From: Aliivibrio fischeri ES114
GTDB lineage: Bacteria; Pseudomonadota; Gammaproteobacteria; Enterobacterales; Vibrionaceae
DNA length: 32,000 nucleotides
Assembly: GCF_000011805.1 (NCBI RefSeq)
Contig: NC_006842.1
Strand: one strand, 5' to 3'
The translations under genes and the position numbers were made by a program. The notes beneath the pieces are model-generated. The model was not told the origin of the DNA. It searched no databases and saw only the letters and a program-made list of their open reading frames with translations. Shown here in pieces: positions 28,028 to 32,000 of the stretch. Every line of letters begins with the position of its first letter. Positions within the stretch are counted from its first letter, which is position 1.

Positions 28028-28133
28028 GGAAGCATCGAGAAACCAAATAAAGACCATCAGATACCACAAAGGAAGCGTAAAGAAGCAAAAAAGACCAGAA
28101 AGAAACCATGAAAAAACCAAAAAAGAAGCCTTA
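28028..28133 (+). repeat. phased array of ten 10-11-bp units (RGAAGC and A-N-ACCA motifs), two sets of five, directly upstream of the stb-like operon
   Basis: Motif starts: GGAAGC 28028, AAACCA 28040, AGACCA 28051, ATACCA 28061, GGAAGC 28071, AGAAGC 28081, AGACCA 28092, AAACCA 28103, AAACCA 28114, AGAAGC 28124. The top strand is almost T-free. Confidence 0.65.
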
Positions 28134-28135
28134 TT

Positions 28136-28651
28136 ATGAATAATTCCATAGAACGCTTACGTGAAGGGATCCAAGAGTTAATTAATACCCACAGCAACGC
28201 ATCTAAGATCTACATAATAAGATCTTTATTTGATCTGCTTGATGACGCAATTAAGAACAGAGTATCTATAGATATTCTTGTTAATTACCTCAATGAAAAC
28301 CATGTAAACATCAGTAAGCATTATCTTAAAAATGCACTATTACGGATACGTAGAGAAAAAGGCATCACCAAAAAAAAACCATCTCAAGTATCGCTATCGC
28401 AAAACCACCAAGTCACAAGCGATAAATCGCTTGTGACCACAACAACGAAAAAAAGTAACGAACCCGATTATCAAGCTGAGTTCGACGACATCAATCAGCG
28501 TTATAAAAACGCAGAAACCACAGAAGAAAAATTCATCATTCTTGGTGGAGACCCCAAAAAACTTGATGGACATTCTTTGAGAAAACAACGCGAAATGTGC
28601 ATCGAATTAAAAACCCAATTTAATCGTAAATACCGTCCATTTATTAAATAG
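28136..28651 (+). CDS. hypothetical protein, positional analogue of a StbA-type DNA-binding adaptor
   Basis: 171 aa with a helical N-terminal ~80 aa, a Lys-rich hinge encoded partly by an A9 run, and a polar C-terminus. First gene upstream of the StbB-like ATPase. No motif recognised. Confidence 0.4.
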   Translation: MNNSIERLREGIQELINTHSNASKIYIIRSLFDLLDDAIKNRVSIDILVNYLNENHVNISKHYLKNALLRIRREKGITKKKPSQVSLSQNHQVTSDKSLVTTTTKKSNEPDYQAEFDDINQRYKNAETTEEKFIILGGDPKKLDGHSLRKQREMCIELKTQFNRKYRPFIK

Positions 28652-28662
28652 AGAATTAAAAT

Positions 28663-29361
28663 ATGAAAATTGCAGTAATTAACTTTTCAGGTAACGTTGG
28701 TAAATCTGTTATTTCACAGCACTTATTACAACCTCGTATGAATGATGCAAAAATCATTGCCGTTGAATCCATTAATTCAGATGGCACAAATAATGAAACC
28801 ATTAAAGGCAAAGAATTTGCCGATATTATGGAAAGCATCAGTGAAATGGATGATGTTATTGTTGATATTGGTGCATCTAACGTCGAAGACTTTATGAAAA
28901 AAATGAAATTATTCAGTGGAAGCCAAGACGATTTTGATTATTTTATTGTTCCAACAATAAATAAACCAAAACAATTAACTGATACACAATCCACTATTAA
29001 TGAATTACACGAACTAGATATTGACCCTGAATGCATTAAAGTTGTTTTTAATATGGTTGATATTGACGACAATATGAAACGTGTTTTTGCCGATCTAATT
29101 GATGATTGTGACCACATGGCAACCATTAATACAAAAGCCATTATTTATGAAAACGAGTTATTCACTCGTTTAAAAAGCGAATCAAAAAGTATTGCTGAAT
29201 TAATTAATGACGACACCGATTATAAAACTCAAATTCAAGCAACCGATAACCGTATTACACGTCGTGAATTATCCCATAAGCTAGGAACGAAACGATTAGC
29301 AATAGGCGTTTCAAAACAGCTCGATAATACATTTAAAGTTCTCTTTGGTAAGAAGGCATAA
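28663..29361 (+). CDS. StbB/ParA-like P-loop ATPase
   Basis: The N-terminus MKIAVINFSGNVGKSVISQHLLQPRM matches my memory of the StbB-type deviant Walker A (NFSGNVGK[ST]). Walker B-like DDVIVDIGASN. 232 aa. Confidence 0.7.
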   Translation: MKIAVINFSGNVGKSVISQHLLQPRMNDAKIIAVESINSDGTNNETIKGKEFADIMESISEMDDVIVDIGASNVEDFMKKMKLFSGSQDDFDYFIVPTINKPKQLTDTQSTINELHELDIDPECIKVVFNMVDIDDNMKRVFADLIDDCDHMATINTKAIIYENELFTRLKSESKSIAELINDDTDYKTQIQATDNRITRRELSHKLGTKRLAIGVSKQLDNTFKVLFGKKA

Positions 29362-29364
29362 TAT

Positions 29365-29925
29365 ATGAGCTCAGAAGAACTAGTTTTACCATCCAAACCA
29401 ATGACGTCATATCAAGAAGCGTATTTACGCGAAATATTCAGTGAAATCATTTTACTTCAAAAGAAACTCACTGAAATTGGCAACGAATCAACCATGCGCA
29501 TTGGTATCACTCAAAATATTATTGATGAGCATTTAGAGCGTGGCTCTAAAGCTCTTGATAATTATACTCAAGCGGCCAACGCGCATTTCTCTGCGACAAA
29601 GCAAGAACTCAAAGACATTGCCGATAATGAAGTCAAAACCAGTATTACAAAATCACTCATTGATGCACACCATCAATTACTGCTCGCTAATCCGCCTAGA
29701 ATCGCCCTACGCTCCGTTTTAATGATGACCCTAGTCGCTTCTATCGTTGCAAGCACTATCGGCTTAGGAGGCGGTTATATTGCGTATAACACCCTAAACA
29801 AGAATCGATTGAGTGCCGATGAAATTCAATACATCGATAAAGGCCGATTGCTAAAGCAATCGTGGCCGATATTGTCCCCACAAACCAAAAAAGAATTAGA
29901 GCAAGCCGCGCTCGGTATTCGTTAA
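29365..29925 (+). CDS. hypothetical coiled-coil protein with C-terminal TM segment (StbC position)
   Basis: 186 aa. Starts 3 nt after the ATPase stop. TM is VLMMTLVASIVASTIGLGGGYIAY. No family recognised. Confidence 0.45.
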   Translation: MSSEELVLPSKPMTSYQEAYLREIFSEIILLQKKLTEIGNESTMRIGITQNIIDEHLERGSKALDNYTQAANAHFSATKQELKDIADNEVKTSITKSLIDAHHQLLLANPPRIALRSVLMMTLVASIVASTIGLGGGYIAYNTLNKNRLSADEIQYIDKGRLLKQSWPILSPQTKKELEQAALGIR

Positions 29926-30004
29926 GTCTTGTTTCTGTTTACCCACAATCGGCTCACGAGAGTGGGTTTAAGTCTCTTACCGCCTCATGTGGATAAACAG
30001 AAAA
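29926..30004. repeat. structured repeat unit 1 (~79 bp, long imperfect hairpin)
   Basis: 71/79 identical to 30092-30170 by hand alignment. Outer stem 29932-29947/29988-30003 (16 bp with one C:A mismatch). Inner helices 29951-53/29982-84 and 29958-62/29974-78. Confidence 0.8.
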
Positions 30005-30009
30005 TAAAC

Positions 30010-30034
30010 CTCATCGCTTTGATGGGATTTTTTT
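30010..30034 (+). terminator. probable rho-independent terminator between the two structured repeats
   Basis: Stem CTCATC (30010-30015) / GATGGG (30021-30026), 6 bp with one U:G, loop GCTTT, then A + T7 (30028-30034). The stem is weak. Confidence 0.45.
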
Positions 30035-30091
30035 ATTCCTCCCCTTAAATCATTAAATCCGAAAAAATAAGAGCACCTCGCTGTGAGTGTT

Positions 30092-30170
30092 GTCTCGTTC
30101 CTATTTACCCACAATCGGCTCACGAGAGTGGGTTTAGGTCTCTTGCCGCCTCATGTGGATAAATAGGAAT
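30092..30170. repeat. structured repeat unit 2 (~79 bp, long imperfect hairpin)
   Basis: Same fold as unit 1: outer stem 30098-30113/30154-30169 with the same C:A mismatch (30108/30159). Ends about 30 nt before the virB5 RBS. Confidence 0.8.
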
Positions 30171-30210
30171 TGGATCATGATTGTTGGGGATACTTTTTAA
30201 GGCTATCACC

Positions 30211-30951
30211 ATGCAAATAAAAACAACCATCAAGGCCATCGCCTTGGGGCTTTCGCTCACCATCCCTTCTGTACACGCTGGATTTCCTGTTTCTGTATTA
30301 GTTGATGTTCCTGGTCAATTAGCACAATTTCAAAATATGGCTCAAATGCTTAAGGAATACGCCACGATGCTAGACCAGCTCAACAAGATGCAAGAGCAAT
30401 TACAGCAAATGGAACGGGAATATAATTCCGTGACAGGGACACGGGGACTTGGGAACATTTTAAACAATCCTGATTTTTCAAAACACTTACCTGATAACTG
30501 GCAAACCATCTTAAGAAATATTCGTTATAACGGGTATGAGGGATTAGATGGTGCAGCAAAAGCATTGCGTGACGCGAGTAAAGTCATTGATTCTTGTGAG
30601 TACATTGAAGATCGAGTGGAACGTCAAAACTGCGCCGCCCTTGCACTGAAACCAGTGCAAGACCAAGCATTTGCAACAAATGCTTATCAAAAATCGTATG
30701 ATCGCACCGCTCAAATTGAATCATTAATGAATGAAATCAACAGAACGCGAGATCCAAAAGCCATCGCTGAATTAAGCGCACGTATTCAAGCTGAGCAAGC
30801 ACTTATCCAAAACGAACAAACCAAACTTTCCATGTATCAGGCAACCAGTGAATCAGAGCAACGTTTGTTGCTTCAACAACAAAAAGAAATTAACTCAAGA
30901 ACATGGCGAAGCAAAAACTATGGTGCAGATGTACCACCAATGGAGTTTTAA
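30211..30951 (+). CDS. virB5: VirB5/TrbJ-family T4SS minor pilus protein
   Basis: I prefer ATG 30211 (RBS AAGG at 30199-30202) to the TTG at 30181. Signal peptide ...TIPSVHA|GFPV. Typical FPV..LVDVPGQLAQ...QL.QMQEQLQQM coiled-coil start. Confidence 0.75.
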   Translation: MQIKTTIKAIALGLSLTIPSVHAGFPVSVLVDVPGQLAQFQNMAQMLKEYATMLDQLNKMQEQLQQMEREYNSVTGTRGLGNILNNPDFSKHLPDNWQTILRNIRYNGYEGLDGAAKALRDASKVIDSCEYIEDRVERQNCAALALKPVQDQAFATNAYQKSYDRTAQIESLMNEINRTRDPKAIAELSARIQAEQALIQNEQTKLSMYQATSESEQRLLLQQQKEINSRTWRSKNYGADVPPMEF

Positions 30952-30953
30952 TA

Positions 30954-31988
30954 ATGAAAATTACCGTATTCAATTTTATTGGAACAACAATCGACGATCT
31001 AACAAACAACTTTATTGCATCAGGTATTGGGGGGTTAATTGATATATTACAACCCTTTATCATTGCAGGAGTCACCTTGTACATTATGATCAGAGCTTAC
31101 GGCCAGATATTTGGTAAAGGTGAAGATCTCGCTATTGATTTAGTGATTCATGGCCTAACCGTGATTGCCGTTACAACCTTGGTCTTAAATATTCACAATT
31201 ACACTTATTATGTCGTCGAAGGACTCAATGCATTTGCAAGTGGTGTATCAGGAGCCATCAATAAAACCGATGGAAATATCTATAATACCTTAGATGAACT
31301 TCTTGAAAGTGGCATTGCTCAAGCCTCTTATTGTTTTGATAAAGTCGGATTGCTTAATGATTGGGGATGGGGATTTGCAGGAATAGTGATTGCAGGAGCT
31401 ATCGTTACCATTACTTTGCTATCAGCTGTCCTAATTATTGGTACTAAATTTCTTCTTACTATGTTATTCGTTATCGGACCCCTTTTTATTGTCTTTGCGA
31501 TTTACCCTGTCACCCGTCGATATTTTGAGGGATGGGTAACTAAGTTAATGGAAAACGCCTTGGTTCAAATCTTTGGGGTAATGATCATTGGTCTATCACT
31601 CAGTATTATTAGTCATTTTATCTATTACAAAGATGCCAGTAGTACAGGAGTAAATCCACTTGGCGTATCAATTCAAATTTTAATTGTGAGTGGCATTTTA
31701 AGTTGGATCATAGCTCAAATTCCTAATTTAGCTGGCTCACTGGCTGGTGGATTCTCATCAAGCTCTTTATCGTTAGCTGCTGCCGTTGCTCCTATGCTTG
31801 CGGCAACTGCAATAGGAGCAAAATTTTTAAACGGTAAAAATATACCAACTGGCGGCATATCTTCTGAAACATGGGGAGAGCAACAATCGAACCAACTACG
31901 ACAAGGTGATTCAACGTCAACACCACAAGCCACCAAAATGGCTCAATCCGTTCACGATAAAATTGCAGAGCACAACCGAAACAATTAG
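30954..31988 (+). CDS. virB6: VirB6/TrbL-family polytopic T4SS inner-membrane protein
   Basis: I prefer ATG 30954 (MKITVFNF...), 2 nt after the virB5 stop, to the ORF-track start at 30903. At least 5 TM segments and a hydrophilic C-terminal tail. Follows virB5 as is usual. Confidence 0.7.
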   Translation: MKITVFNFIGTTIDDLTNNFIASGIGGLIDILQPFIIAGVTLYIMIRAYGQIFGKGEDLAIDLVIHGLTVIAVTTLVLNIHNYTYYVVEGLNAFASGVSGAINKTDGNIYNTLDELLESGIAQASYCFDKVGLLNDWGWGFAGIVIAGAIVTITLLSAVLIIGTKFLLTMLFVIGPLFIVFAIYPVTRRYFEGWVTKLMENALVQIFGVMIIGLSLSIISHFIYYKDASSTGVNPLGVSIQILIVSGILSWIIAQIPNLAGSLAGGFSSSSLSLAAAVAPMLAATAIGAKFLNGKNIPTGGISSETWGEQQSNQLRQGDSTSTPQATKMAQSVHDKIAEHNRNN

Positions 31989-32000
31989 GTAATAGCGAGT

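Noticed and set aside
28108-28143. Mini-ORF MKKPKKKPYYE* overlapping the start codon of the 171-aa gene, as a possible leader peptide.
   Set aside because: It lies entirely within the A-rich phased repeat array, where AAA/AAG/CCA codons arise automatically. It has no RBS of its own, so it is most likely a by-product of the repeat sequence.
29926-30170. Twin repeats considered as a CRISPR array, integron attC sites, or a MITE with terminal inverted repeats.
   Set aside because: CRISPR is excluded because there are only two copies, the period is 166 bp and each unit is a 79-bp self-complementary hairpin. attC is excluded because I see no RYYYAAC / GTTRRRY core sites at the ends. A MITE is unlikely because the arms co-vary to keep pairing rather than keeping a transposase-binding sequence, there are no target-site duplications, and no transposase is nearby. 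The element is kept as an unexplained finding instead.
9165-30954. Longer N-terminal extensions given by the ORF track (starts at 9165, 14773, 24135, 30181 and 30903).
   Set aside because: In each case an internal ATG with a proper Shine-Dalgarno and a canonical signal peptide, lipobox or family N-terminus lies downstream (9195, 14875, 24237, 30211, 30954). The extension would overlap the preceding gene or a terminator.

Overview
AT-rich, gene-dense window in which every credible gene is on the + strand, often with overlapping stop/start codons. It reads as most of the transfer backbone of a conjugative plasmid or ICE from a marine gammaproteobacterium. The Vibrionaceae-like host is my inference from composition and a GlyGly-CTERM protein. 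The layout recalls R721/pES100-type plasmids, from memory only; no search was run. Order of modules: (1) small orphan ORF plus terminator. (2) R64-type type IVb thin-pilus operon (PilL-like, TcpQ-like lipoprotein, PilN secretin, PilO, PilP, PilQ ATPase, PilR platform, PilS prepilin, two further prepilin-like proteins, one secreted protein), 400-9617. (3) A terminator-bounded accessory islet (9625-11800) with a VesB-like trypsin-fold protease carrying a GlyGly-CTERM sorting signal, a tiny coupled ORF and an orphan membrane protein. (4) VirB/VirD4-type T4SS operon virB2-B3-B4-(B7-like lipoprotein)-B8-B9-B10-B11-virD4, 11824-20682. (5) DNA-processing module: tail-less SSB, topoisomerase III, OmpA-like lipoprotein, Cys-rich secreted protein, MobC-like accessory protein and an 1111-aa relaxase. 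(6) A stb-like operon with a StbB/ParA-type ATPase. (7) Displaced virB5-virB6. No rRNA, tRNA, CRISPR, IS element, integrase or replication gene is visible. The parts gene annotation does not explain are non-coding. First, a twin ~79-bp rod-like hairpin element (29926-30004, 30092-30170) whose copies differ by compensatory stem substitutions. Second, a T-poor array of ten 10-11-bp phased motifs arranged as two sets of five (28028-28133) directly upstream of the stb-like operon. Third, a direct-repeat/palindrome/direct-repeat cluster just after the relaxase (27918-27989). All protein calls rest on motifs recognised by eye and on gene order, not on database searches.
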